Assembly: GCA_966125105.1 (NCBI GenBank) | Contig: CBHXZU010000001.1 | Span: 1 to 41,561, forward strand | Reading direction: 5' to 3' | Length of the DNA: 41,561 nt | Origin: an uncultured Prosthecobacter sp. | GTDB lineage: Bacteria; Verrucomicrobiota; Verrucomicrobiia; Chthoniobacterales; Chthoniobacteraceae | Shown: positions 29,111 to 38,700 of the stretch, piece after piece | Layout: each line of letters starts with the position of its first letter | Position numbering within the stretch: position 1 is the stretch's first letter | Program-made: the position numbers and the translations under genes | The notes under the pieces: generated by a model | The model's input: the letters and a program-made list of their open reading frames with translations, nothing else | What the model was told of the DNA's origin: nothing | The model's database searches: none

Positions 29111-29659
29111 TCACTCAATCTGCCACGAGAACATGCTCTGGATCGCGGTGTCCCGGATTTCGTCGAAATCGCGCAATTGCGCGGTGACGACCAGGACGAG
29201 TCTCTCCCGGTCGGAAAGATCGAGCATTGAGACCGAGGACTTGTAGCCCAATCCGCCCTGCGAAAATTCGAACACGTATTCCCGCGCCGGCGTGGGGCCG
29301 ATCGTGAAGGGGCCCTCCGTCGTCGACTTGAATTGGAGATCTTTCGCGGTCGTGGAGAGGAACTGGGAGCAGTATTTTTGCAGCGTATCCAGGTTTACGA
29401 GGACATCGCGATCGCCTGCCGCGCGAGGGATGAGTCGAAGCTCAAAGATCGATTGCGCATTGGGCGGGTGCAACGTGAGGATTTTCTTCTCGTACTGCAT
29501 CGTCCAACCTGCCGGCGGCGCCCAGCGCACCTTGCCCGCGGGGTCCTCAAACCGAACGACTGGAAGCTTGAAACCTTCCATTTCTCGGTAGCCTGGCTCG
29601 GGCCGGAGATCCAGCGCGAAGCAGACTGACGGAAAAAGCGCTAGTAAAAGGGGCCGCAT
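29111..29659 (-). CDS. secreted hypothetical protein (182 aa), last gene of the pseudopilin cluster
   Basis: The N-terminus is signal-like (MRPLLLALFPSVCFA). It starts 8 bp after the stop of the 627-aa gene on the same strand. I recognised no family. Confidence 0.6.
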   Translation of the reverse strand: MRPLLLALFPSVCFALDLRPEPGYREMEGFKLPVVRFEDPAGKVRWAPPAGWTMQYEKKILTLHPPNAQSIFELRLIPRAAGDRDVLVNLDTLQKYCSQFLSTTAKDLQFKSTTEGPFTIGPTPAREYVFEFSQGGLGYKSSVSMLDLSDRERLVLVVTAQLRDFDEIRDTAIQSMFSWQIE

Positions 29660-29666
29660 GGAAGGA

Positions 29667-31550
29667 CTAGCGGCGGGTCCAGCGTCCGCGTTCGTAGACT
29701 CGCGCTATTTGAAATCCGGGCGGGTTGGCATCCTGGAACTTCGTGTCGTAATACCAGCGGCGATTCGGCGGGGAGTAGTCAGCGTCGCCCCATTTGCCCT
29801 TCGCCTGTTGGCTGTTGTAGAGCAGCGCGAGCGTTCCATAGATCGTGAAGTATTTTCCGCCCCAGTTTTCGTGGAAGCGGACGAAGTTTTCCACGCCGCC
29901 GGAATAAGCGCCGCCGATGGACGGAACGCTGCCGGCGATGATCGCGGTATTGACCGTGGAGTTTGATGCGACTCGGGTGCCGATGCCGGTGAGGGAGTTT
30001 GCATCATTCCATGCATTCGAGAGGATGTTCACCGCGTCAGCCGCGACTGCGGCGGGCACGCGCTCGTAACCGGTAGCCTGGGGGCTCGGTTTGTTCACCG
30101 GCGGCGTGTACGAAGTCGCGGTATTTGACTGCGGCTGTGTGGATCCCGATTTGCCGGAGTTGTAGTCGCCCTGGATGTAGAGCGTGTTCGGCGTGGCAAT
30201 CGTCAATCCTCCGGCGGGCAGCTTGCCGCCATTGAAGAGCTTTACACCGCGTGAGCGGGCGGAGGTCACGTTGGTCGTTGCGCCAGTCGCGGAGTTCTTC
30301 ACCACCGTGTTCACCGAGGTGCCCACGCTTGTGTCCTGGATGTAAAGCAACAGCCCGTCGCCGCCGCCGACGTTGTCGACGGTTTTCAATGCGCCCACGT
30401 CCAGCGCGACCACCCTGGTGTTGTCGCCTTCCCGCGCGTCCTTGAGGGCCGTGTTGAGCACGAGGGAGTTTTTGATGGCGACGTATTGCGGATCAGAGGT
30501 GGGCAGGGGAGCGGTATCGTTGCCGCGGTAAATTGTGACGGTGTTGGAGGCGTTCACCGTGATCCGGTAATCCGCGTTCTCGGAAAGCCGCTCGCTGGTA
30601 GAGGGATCGAGCTGCAGGGGATCGCTGCCCGTCGATTTCGTCTCAATCAGCTCATGGTAACCGTCGTTATTTTTGTTTACGTCGGAATCGACGTCGTTCG
30701 CGATCGGGTCATCCAGGAACTTCTTGTCGAGGTCTTCAGTCTTCGTGTCGAAGAGCTTTTGCTCATGGCCCTTGCGGGGCGGTGAGTCCTGGTCCCAGTT
30801 GTTGGTCAGGTAGGACGGGGCGTTATCGATCGTGGGATCAGTATTTCCATACCGGGAATCTTCCTTCCGGTAGTTGATGAAGTGTTCGCCGAGGAATGAA
30901 ACGTTCGACAGGTAAGTGAGGTAGTCGTGCGCCGTATAGAGATTGCCTCCCGCGTAAACGGGGCCGTCGACATACATCGGCGCGCCGGGATGCATTTCTG
31001 TTTCCTGGACCGTTCCGAAGTAGAAGTTGTCGAAAAGGTTTCGGCCGCCGCGGATAAAGGGGCGCTCGATCACCACGTTGTCCGTGCCGCTTGGCCCGGT
31101 GAAGGCGACTTCCACGCGGGCATTGTAGTAAAGCCGCATGCGCAGGCGGGAGGTTGCGCCTTGCTCTGGTGTTGGACGACCATCGGCTTTGGTCGTCGGC
31201 GCGAGCATGGGCGTGGCAGCCGTGACGCTCCAGCTCACGAGGGAGATTCCGCTCGGCGGCGGGTAGGACGATTCGTTCGGCGGCATGAGCATCGTCTGCA
31301 GTTGCGCGGTGGAACGCCCGAGCAGGCGATCGGTTTGATCGGTGGCAGTGATCATGGCGTTTCGCCACTGGTCGAAGAGAGATTCCATGATGCCGTCGCC
31401 GTAGGCGATCGCCTGCGAGCGCGTGGCCGTGCGGCTGCTGTTGCCAGTTTGCGTGCGGGTGACGGTGACGATCACACCCAGTAACGCGGAGAAGACGGAG
31501 ACGGTGATCATCACCGCCGCCAATGAGCTGCCCGAGGTGTTCTTTTTCAT
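29667..31550 (-). CDS. large PilX/GspK-like pseudopilin-associated protein (627 aa)
   Basis: It has a single N-terminal hydrophobic helix (GSSLAAVMITVSVFSALLGVIVTV) of the PilX-N type, without the G-F-T-L-x-E processing motif. It lies 5 bp downstream of a prepilin-type gene. The extracellular region is long and Gly/Asn/Thr-rich. Confidence 0.65.
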   Translation of the reverse strand: MKKNTSGSSLAAVMITVSVFSALLGVIVTVTRTQTGNSSRTATRSQAIAYGDGIMESLFDQWRNAMITATDQTDRLLGRSTAQLQTMLMPPNESSYPPPSGISLVSWSVTAATPMLAPTTKADGRPTPEQGATSRLRMRLYYNARVEVAFTGPSGTDNVVIERPFIRGGRNLFDNFYFGTVQETEMHPGAPMYVDGPVYAGGNLYTAHDYLTYLSNVSFLGEHFINYRKEDSRYGNTDPTIDNAPSYLTNNWDQDSPPRKGHEQKLFDTKTEDLDKKFLDDPIANDVDSDVNKNNDGYHELIETKSTGSDPLQLDPSTSERLSENADYRITVNASNTVTIYRGNDTAPLPTSDPQYVAIKNSLVLNTALKDAREGDNTRVVALDVGALKTVDNVGGGDGLLLYIQDTSVGTSVNTVVKNSATGATTNVTSARSRGVKLFNGGKLPAGGLTIATPNTLYIQGDYNSGKSGSTQPQSNTATSYTPPVNKPSPQATGYERVPAAVAADAVNILSNAWNDANSLTGIGTRVASNSTVNTAIIAGSVPSIGGAYSGGVENFVRFHENWGGKYFTIYGTLALLYNSQQAKGKWGDADYSPPNRRWYYDTKFQDANPPGFQIARVYERGRWTRR

Positions 31551-31554
31551 GGGA

Positions 31555-32430
31555 TTAATTGGTGGAGCTCAGCGCGGTGGGCTGGGTGCGCGGAGGGTAG
31601 ATGGAGTAGAGAGTGGTCGTGCCGTTGCCGAAGCGACGGGCGCTGTAGCCAAGGTCGGTGATCTCCATGGAGACGCGGAGATTCAGGCCGTCCGAGCTGA
31701 GGCTTGATGGCGACGGAAAGAGAAGGCTGAAAGGATGCGGTGAGGTCACGCCGCTCCGGACCACCCGGAAGTCTCCTTGCGTGCTGCCCTGGAACTCTTC
31801 GTGAAAACGCAGTTCCTGGTTGGCAACCACGAACGCCGCGCGGCGGTAGAAATAGCCGGTGATGAGATTCGGGCTGTCGACGTTCAGCGTGAATCCGACT
31901 TCGCTTCCCAAGGTGACCGCGCCCAAGGGCATGAAGGCGCCGCTCACCGCCGTGACGTCGAACTCGCGGTTGATCAATGGCAGGACGAGTTTGTCACCGA
32001 CTTTCGGGAGGAAAACCTGGCTGCCGTTGGTGAAATCGAACGTGAGCGTCAACGATGCGGGGCTGGTATTCGATTTCATCGGGAAAGGACCGCCCGCGAG
32101 TCGGCGGAAGCGCACGCCATTGGCCCGCGTCCCAATGTATTGGCCGTTTAGCTTGTCGACTTCGGTCGAGCCGGTGGAATCGACGTCCGAGTAGGTCGTG
32201 CCGTTGAAGTTGATCAGGCGGAAACTCGATGCGGAGTCGTTGAGTTCCGTAAGGAGCGTTTGAGAGGAGATCCGGGTGGCTTCGTGCGAGTGGTTCGTGG
32301 CGAGGTTGCGGGCGACGAAGCGCGAGGAGGTGCTCGTGAAAAGGAGCAGGCCGAGGGAAAGAACTCCCACGCAGCCGAGAGTCATCAGCATCTCGACAAG
32401 AGTGAACGCGGACGGTTGACGGGGTTTCAT
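31555..32430 (-). CDS. prepilin-type N-terminal cleavage/methylation domain protein (pseudopilin, 291 aa)
   Basis: The N-terminus MKPRQPSAFTLVEMLMTLGCVGVLSLGLLLF matches the type IV pilin / T2SS pseudopilin leader and methylation motif (x-F-T-L-V-E). Confidence 0.82.
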   Translation of the reverse strand: MKPRQPSAFTLVEMLMTLGCVGVLSLGLLLFTSTSSRFVARNLATNHSHEATRISSQTLLTELNDSASSFRLINFNGTTYSDVDSTGSTEVDKLNGQYIGTRANGVRFRRLAGGPFPMKSNTSPASLTLTFDFTNGSQVFLPKVGDKLVLPLINREFDVTAVSGAFMPLGAVTLGSEVGFTLNVDSPNLITGYFYRRAAFVVANQELRFHEEFQGSTQGDFRVVRSGVTSPHPFSLLFPSPSSLSSDGLNLRVSMEITDLGYSARRFGNGTTTLYSIYPPRTQPTALSSTN

Positions 32431-32457
32431 AGTGACAAGGAGCAGGCCGCGGACGGC

Positions 32458-32937
32458 CTAGATTGTGTCGGTGGCTCGAACGGTGGTCATGGCGACCTCG
32501 TAGGTGCGGTTTGCGTAAACGAAACTGACGCGCACCGTCGCGCGCAGGGTGCGGCTGCTAACGTCTTGCACCTCGATGGTGCGCTTGCCCTTCACAGGTG
32601 CCGAGAGCGGCGTGAAAATGCTGCCGAGGCCTGCCTGCTGATTCAATTCGTCCGCGTTGATCACCACGTCCGCCTCGGTCCGGGAACCAACGACCAACAC
32701 AGGCGGCCTCGCCGCGCCGACCCGCCATTGGGTGGTGAGTACCTCGTCAATTTGCTGTTGAGCGAGCGCAAGCGCATGGATTCGCAGGCGTGAAGCCGCC
32801 GCAAAACGATTGAACTGGGTCAACGCCGCGAGCGTGACTGCGGCGAAGAGCAGGAGAACTCCCATGGCGATGGTGAGTTCCGCGAAAGTGAAACCGCGAG
32901 ATCCCCGATAGCGGCCTGCTGCTAGCTTGGAGTGCAT
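32458..32937 (-). CDS. prepilin-type N-terminal cleavage/methylation domain protein (pseudopilin, about 159 aa)
   Basis: The motif GFTFAELTIAMGVLLLFAAVTLA is preceded by a short basic leader when started at ATG 32937 (MHSKLAAGRYRGSRGFTFAEL). The track ORF extends to 32985. Confidence 0.8.
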   Translation of the reverse strand: MHSKLAAGRYRGSRGFTFAELTIAMGVLLLFAAVTLAALTQFNRFAAASRLRIHALALAQQQIDEVLTTQWRVGAARPPVLVVGSRTEADVVINADELNQQAGLGSIFTPLSAPVKGKRTIEVQDVSSRTLRATVRVSFVYANRTYEVAMTTVRATDTI

Positions 32938-33532
32938 GCATGCGATAAGGAGCATGTGATGCGCCATCGCGTGCCAGAGAAACATTTATTATCAATTCGC
33001 TAGCGCGCATGGTTCGAACGTCTTTCGGTTTTTTTGTGAATTGTATGTTGCGCGGGAAGCCGTTCATGTGCAAACGGTTGCGCCGAAATGCTGGGGCGTA
33101 TGCGCCAAGGGTAACCCCTTGGTAACCGAACCACGAAGCGGGCACCGATCCTTTGACTTGCGCTCGCAAGGGTGAGAACGCTCGAGTTTGCCGGCTAGAT
33201 TAAGGCCATCTCAAACATGGAAAATCGGGCAAAAAGGAACACTGCGTAGCCATTTCGATCGCAAACCTCCGGGGACCTTAACTAACCGTGAGAAAGGGGA
33301 TATCCGCAATTCTGCAATAGGTTCGCGCGTTTGCGGAGGCTTTTACCTCTCCTAAGTCCGCGGCGTAAAAGAGGAGAACCGCGCGACGCGCACAGAAATC
33401 GCAAGAAGCGGTATCTCCCAAGTCGGAGGGAGGGATCGCTCGTGAACTCGTTCCTTGTAGTGGTCCGCCGCGGTTGCCGCCCTCGGCGCGGTTCTTTCAT
33501 TGCCCTGTAAATGGGGCTTCTGGCAATCCGGC

Positions 33533-33570
33533 GGAAACGAAACAGCCCTCGCGAGGTCGTCGCGAGGGCT
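33533..33570 (-). terminator. intrinsic terminator downstream of tkt (possibly bidirectional)
   Basis: Perfect 11-bp stem, AGCCCTCGCGA (33544-33554) with TCGCGAGGGCT (33560-33570), and a 5-nt loop, 28 nt past the tkt stop. On the minus strand it is followed by GTTTCGTTTCC. On the plus strand it is followed by GCGCGTTTTGAG. Confidence 0.6.
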
Positions 33571-33598
33571 GCGCGTTTTGAGAATGTTCGCTGTCCGC

Positions 33599-35593
33599 TT
33601 AGGCGAGCGACTTCGCAGCGTCCACCACGGCTTGCGCGGTGATGCCGAGCACTTCCATGACTTTCCCGCCAGGGGCGCTGAGGCCAAAGCGATCGATGCC
33701 GATCACTTTGCCGTCAAGGCCGACATACTTGTACCAAAGCCCCGTGACGCCGGCTTCGATGGCGACGCGCTGGCGAACGTTTGGCGGAAGCACCTCGTCC
33801 TTGTAAGCCTGCGGCTGCTGGTCAAAACGGTAGAAGCTCGGGACGCTCACCACACGGACGCCTTCGCCGAGAGTCTTGGCGGCGGCCACGGCGTGTTGCA
33901 CTTCGCTGCCCGAGGCGAGAAGGATGGTCTTGAGCGCGCCGGTTTCTTTCACGAGCACGTAAGCACCCTTGGCGACGCCTTCGCGGCGCGCCTGCACCGA
34001 GGCTTCGTTCAACATCGGCACAACCTGGCGGGTCAGCGCGAGGAGCGTCGGGCCGTTGGTCCGTTGGAGCGCGGCGGCAAAGGCGCCGGCCGTCTCTTCG
34101 GGATCCGCCGGGCGAATCACGTCGAGGTTCGGGATAAGGCGCAGACCGCTGACCGTCTCCACCGGTTGGTGGGTCGGGCCGTCTTCACCAACGCCCACGC
34201 TGTCGTGGGTGAAGATGTAGATCGTGCCGAGGCCGCTGAGCGCCGCGAGGCGGATGCTGGCGCGGCAGTAATCGGCGAACACAAGGAACGTTGCGCCGCT
34301 CGCGCGGAAGATCCCGTCGTAAGCAATGCCGTTCATGATCCCGGCCATGCCGTGCTCACGGATGCCGAAGCGAATGTTGCGGCCCGTCCAATTTGCGGGT
34401 GTGAAGTCCTTCGACGAATTGATGTAGTTGAGCGTCGAGCCGTGGAGGTCGGCGCTGCCCGAAACGAGCGCGGGCACGGCGTCGGCGATCGGCTGGAGAA
34501 CATCGCTGCCCGCCTTGCGGGTGGCGATCTTCGCGTCGGCCGGGAAAGCGGGGATCTTGCCGAGCAGATCGGCCGGAATTTCGCTCTTCAAATCGCCGGC
34601 GAGTTCCTTCGCGAGGCCGGGATTTCCTTTTTCCCAATCGGCGAAGTTCTTCTTCCACGCGTCATGCTTCGCGGCGAGCTGCTTGGCGTGTTCGGTGAAG
34701 AACGCGCGGGTCTCCTGGCTCACGAAGAAGTGCTCTCCTTCGGGGAGACCGAGCGCCTTGCGTGCGGCATCGACGAACTTCGCGCCGCCTTCGCCGTGGG
34801 CCTTGGCGGTGCCGGCGACTTCCGGGATGCCCTTGCCGATCACCGTCTTTGCGATGATGAGCTGCGGCTTGCCGGTCGCAGCCTTCGCTTTGTCCAGTGC
34901 GCCCAGGAACGCCGCCATGTCATGGCCGTCAATCGTCTGCACGCCCCAGCCGATCGCCTCGAAGCGCTTGCCGGCGTCTTCGCTCTGCGTGGCCACGGCC
35001 ATCGCGTCGAGCGTCACGTCGTTGCTGTCGTAAATGAGGACGAGGTTATCGAGCTTGAAGTGTCCCGCGAAGGCCACGGCCTCCATGGCCACGCCTTCCT
35101 GCATGCAGCCGTCGCCGGCGAGGCAGATGATGTGGTTGTCGAAAATCGTGTGGGCTTCCGTGTTGAACTTCGCCGCCGCCATCTTCTGCGAGACCGCGTA
35201 GCCAACCGCATTGCTGATGCCCTGGCCGAGCGGGCCGGTGGTCGCTTCGACGCCGAGGGTTTCGTGAAACTCCGGATGTCCCGGCGTGTGCGAGCCGAGC
35301 ACGCGGAACTTCTTCACCTGATCGTGTGGCACGCTGGCGTAGCCGCTGAGGTGCAGCCAGCTGTAGATGAACATCGAGCCATGGCCGGCGCTCAGGACGA
35401 AACGGTCGCGGTTGAGCCACTTTGGATCCGCCGGGTTATGTTGAAGGGCGTGGCCGAAAAGTACCGCGCCGATTTCCGCGCAGCCGAGCGGCAGTCCCAG
35501 GTGTCCGCTCGAGCAGGCGTGCACGGCATCCATGGCGAGTCCGCGGGCTTCATTGGCGGCGCGGTTGAGTGAGGCGAAATCGAGCGTAGACAT
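33599..35593 (-). CDS. tkt: transketolase
   Basis: 664 aa. The N-terminus has the [13 protein letters not shown] and [24 protein letters not shown] motifs. The TPP-binding region [13 protein letters not shown] is present. The full-length layout matches bacterial Tkt. Confidence 0.97.
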   Translation of the reverse strand: MSTLDFASLNRAANEARGLAMDAVHACSSGHLGLPLGCAEIGAVLFGHALQHNPADPKWLNRDRFVLSAGHGSMFIYSWLHLSGYASVPHDQVKKFRVLGSHTPGHPEFHETLGVEATTGPLGQGISNAVGYAVSQKMAAAKFNTEAHTIFDNHIICLAGDGCMQEGVAMEAVAFAGHFKLDNLVLIYDSNDVTLDAMAVATQSEDAGKRFEAIGWGVQTIDGHDMAAFLGALDKAKAATGKPQLIIAKTVIGKGIPEVAGTAKAHGEGGAKFVDAARKALGLPEGEHFFVSQETRAFFTEHAKQLAAKHDAWKKNFADWEKGNPGLAKELAGDLKSEIPADLLGKIPAFPADAKIATRKAGSDVLQPIADAVPALVSGSADLHGSTLNYINSSKDFTPANWTGRNIRFGIREHGMAGIMNGIAYDGIFRASGATFLVFADYCRASIRLAALSGLGTIYIFTHDSVGVGEDGPTHQPVETVSGLRLIPNLDVIRPADPEETAGAFAAALQRTNGPTLLALTRQVVPMLNEASVQARREGVAKGAYVLVKETGALKTILLASGSEVQHAVAAAKTLGEGVRVVSVPSFYRFDQQPQAYKDEVLPPNVRQRVAIEAGVTGLWYKYVGLDGKVIGIDRFGLSAPGGKVMEVLGITAQAVVDAAKSLA

Positions 35594-35791
35594 AAATTAG
35601 AGACTTGACGGCGTATTCTTCAAAAAGAGCCGCGCACACTAGGAGCGCAGGCGCGACCGTCAAGACTGCAGGCCTGCGAAAACACGGTAACCTGCAGCTT
35701 TACTTTGGTTGAATTAGGCTCACCGTGCCTTCAACGGCTTCAGCTCCTCACCACAACGCAACCCCCAACCTCACGCTTAAGCGACCACGCC

Positions 35792-38700
35792 ATGCGAACT
35801 ACTGACGCAATCCGCTTCTTCGCCGCTGCCGCGACGACCATCCTTTTTGGCAGCATCACCGCATCCGCCCAGGAAATCCTCAAAATCGAAGAGGGCGGCG
35901 CTCTTCGTAACTTCACGCTCGTCGAAGACGAAGTTTTGATCGAAGGCGATACCGAGAATGGAGAGCGGCTGAAAGACGACGTCCAGGCCGCAATTCCCGG
36001 CGCATCCGTGATCGAGACTCGCGGGGCCGAAGCCCTCACGAAGCTCGCGCAGCGCGTGGATCGCAGGAAGGCCGCGGCGCAGCAGGAGGCCGTCCAAATC
36101 AATGCGCCTCAGTACAAGACCCACCCGGTGCTTTACCGCGATGGCCTCCCGCGCACGATTGGGAACCGGCGGTATGTCGGGCAACGCGTTCTCGTTGCCC
36201 TGCCGGAAGGCAAAACAGCCGACCAGCTCGGCGCGGAATCCGGAGCTCTCAAAGCGGAGGTGTCCAAGCTGCCTGGGCATGCGCTGCTGACCTTTTCCGA
36301 CGGCTGGCAATCGCTTTCCGCCAGCGACGGATTGAAGGCAAAGGGCCTCAATGCGCGACCGCTGCTCCGCAAGTATGCAGAGAAGATGTTCGTGCCAAAC
36401 GATCCATATCTTCCGGACCAATGGCACCTGCGCAATCGCGGCCAGTCGGGCGGCCTGGTGGGGGCCGACGCGAACCTATATCCCGCGTGGGATTTGCTGC
36501 GGGCGGATTCTCAACCCGTCCGCGGCCAGGGCGTCACGGTCGTGGTGGTCGACGACAGCTTGCAGACGACGCACCCGGATCTTTCGCCGAACACGCCACC
36601 AGTGAGTTCGAATGCGCACATTGATTTCCGCAGTGGCGGCAACAATCCGGGGCCAAAAGCCAGCGATGATGCGCATGGCACCTCGGTTTCCGGCGTGATC
36701 GCCGCGAAGGGACACAATGGGATTGGCGTAACCGGCGCCGCGCCGGACGCCCAGTTGCTCGGAGTCCGCCTGATCGGTGGATTCTTCGACGCGCAGACGA
36801 CGTACGATGCGCTCAACTGGGAGCCGGCGGGTTTTACGTCCAGCGTGAGCAATAACAGCTGGGGTTATGGCAGCGTTGGCATGGTGGAGATCGATCCCCT
36901 GGAGAAGCAGGCGATGCTGGATGCGACCACGAAACGCGGCGGACTCGGCCAGGTGACCTTGTTTGCCGCGGCCAATAACGACGACTTTTTCAACGGGTTC
37001 GACCTCATCGGGAATCCGATCTTCACTTTCCAGGATTCGAACTATCAGCCGTTCTCCAGCTCGCGCTTCGTCATCGGCGTCGCGGCGAACACGAACTACG
37101 GCGATCACTCTTATTACAGCAATCGAGGCGCATCGGTCCTGATTTCCGCTCCGTCCAACGGCGGTTCGCTCGGCATTTTCACCACGGATAACGTGGGCAG
37201 TTCCGGATACAACAGCTCGCTCGATCCGGGAGGTCAGCCCTCTGACAAGGATTACACGAACTCATTTGGCGGCACGTCTTCGGCGACGCCGCTCACGTCG
37301 GGCATCGTGGCGCTGATGTTATCGGCGAACTCCAACCTCGGTTATCGCGACGTGATGGAGATCCTGGCGACGACGGCGGTGAAAATCGACGCTTCCAATC
37401 CCGATTGGGTCCAAAATGGTGCCGGCTTCGATTTTGCGCACGCCTATGGCGCGGGAATGGTGAATGCAGCGGCGGCAGTCGCTCGATCTCTGCAATGGCA
37501 AAACCTTGGTGCTGAGACGAGCCTCTCCCGCGCGGCGACGTCACTGCCTGCCGGGATTCCGGACAATAGCTCCACGACCGTTTCGCGAACTTTCGATTTC
37601 TCCAACAGCGCAAATCTCCGCGTGGAGCACGTGGAAGTCGTGATCGCCGCCACTCACCCGAATCGCAGTGACCTCGAAATTGCGATCACTTCGCCGGCGG
37701 GCACACGAAGCATTCTGAATCCGATTCGTCCGCGGCCGGACGTCTCTTACACTGGCGATGACGACAATGATATCGGGTCGCCAGGCAACGGATGGGTCTT
37801 CATGACCACTCATCACTGGGGGGAAAACAGCAGCGGACAGTGGACCGTCACGGCGCGGGATGGCCGGTCGGGCTCCACGGGAACCCTGGATTCCCTGCAG
37901 GTGCGCGTTTACGGCACGCCAGCGAACCAGCAGCGCGTCCGCTTCGCGCAAAAGTCGATAAACGTGGACGAGATCGACGGCTCGGCGGACCTGGTGATTG
38001 AGCGGTTGGGCCCGACGACCGGAACGGTCCAGGTGAGCTATGCAATCGTCGGCGGAACGGCGACTCAGGGCGTCGATTTCACACTCACGAACGGGACGGT
38101 TTTCTTCGCGCCCGGTGAAACGCAAAAGATCGTTCCGGTTGCCATCGCGGACGACGCGACGCCGGAGGGGCCCGAAAGTGTTTACATTGCTCTGACCAAC
38201 CCGGTGGGCGCCACATTGGGCGGTGGCACGCTGTGCTCGCTGATCATTGAGCCGAGCGACGGAAACTTTGTCACCATTCGCGCGACCGACGCGGAAGCTG
38301 CCGAAACGCCGGATGGACCCCAGGCTCCGCCCGCGAATAGGGCGACATTCGCAGTCAGCCGGTTGTTTGCCGATGTCACGCCGTTGATCGTGCCATACAC
38401 CGTTGCGCCAAACGGACCCGGAATCGCTACTCCAACCGCGGATTACACGGGGCTCTCTGGGACCGTGACCATCCCCGCGGGTCTCGACACGGCGTTCATC
38501 ACCCTGACTCCCAAAGACGATCCGCTTTTCGAAGGACCGGAGACGGTGACCGTCAGGCTGACGGACCCGGGTCCGACGGGTGACTACGAATTGGGCGATC
38601 CCAGCGAAGCAACCGCCACGATCAAGGATGACGAGATCCAAAAGGTGGGCATTGCGATGGATAAGACCTCGCTGCCTGAGAATGGGAGCCAAACCGCGGA

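Noticed and set aside
32995-33030. tRNA T-arm-like string (GGTTCGAAC) near 33010
   Set aside because: No acceptor stem, anticodon arm or cloverleaf can be built around it, so it is a chance match.
33180-33540. Possible structured ncRNA in the 660-bp gap between the pseudopilin operon and tkt
   Set aside because: I looked for tmRNA, RNase P, SRP, 6S and riboswitch signatures and found none. Only the tkt terminator hairpin is convincing.
33500-35572. 690-aa ORF on the plus strand
   Set aside because: It is exactly antisense to the unambiguous transketolase gene. Its composition is Arg/Ala/Gly/His-rich with no recognisable motifs. This is a typical high-GC shadow ORF.
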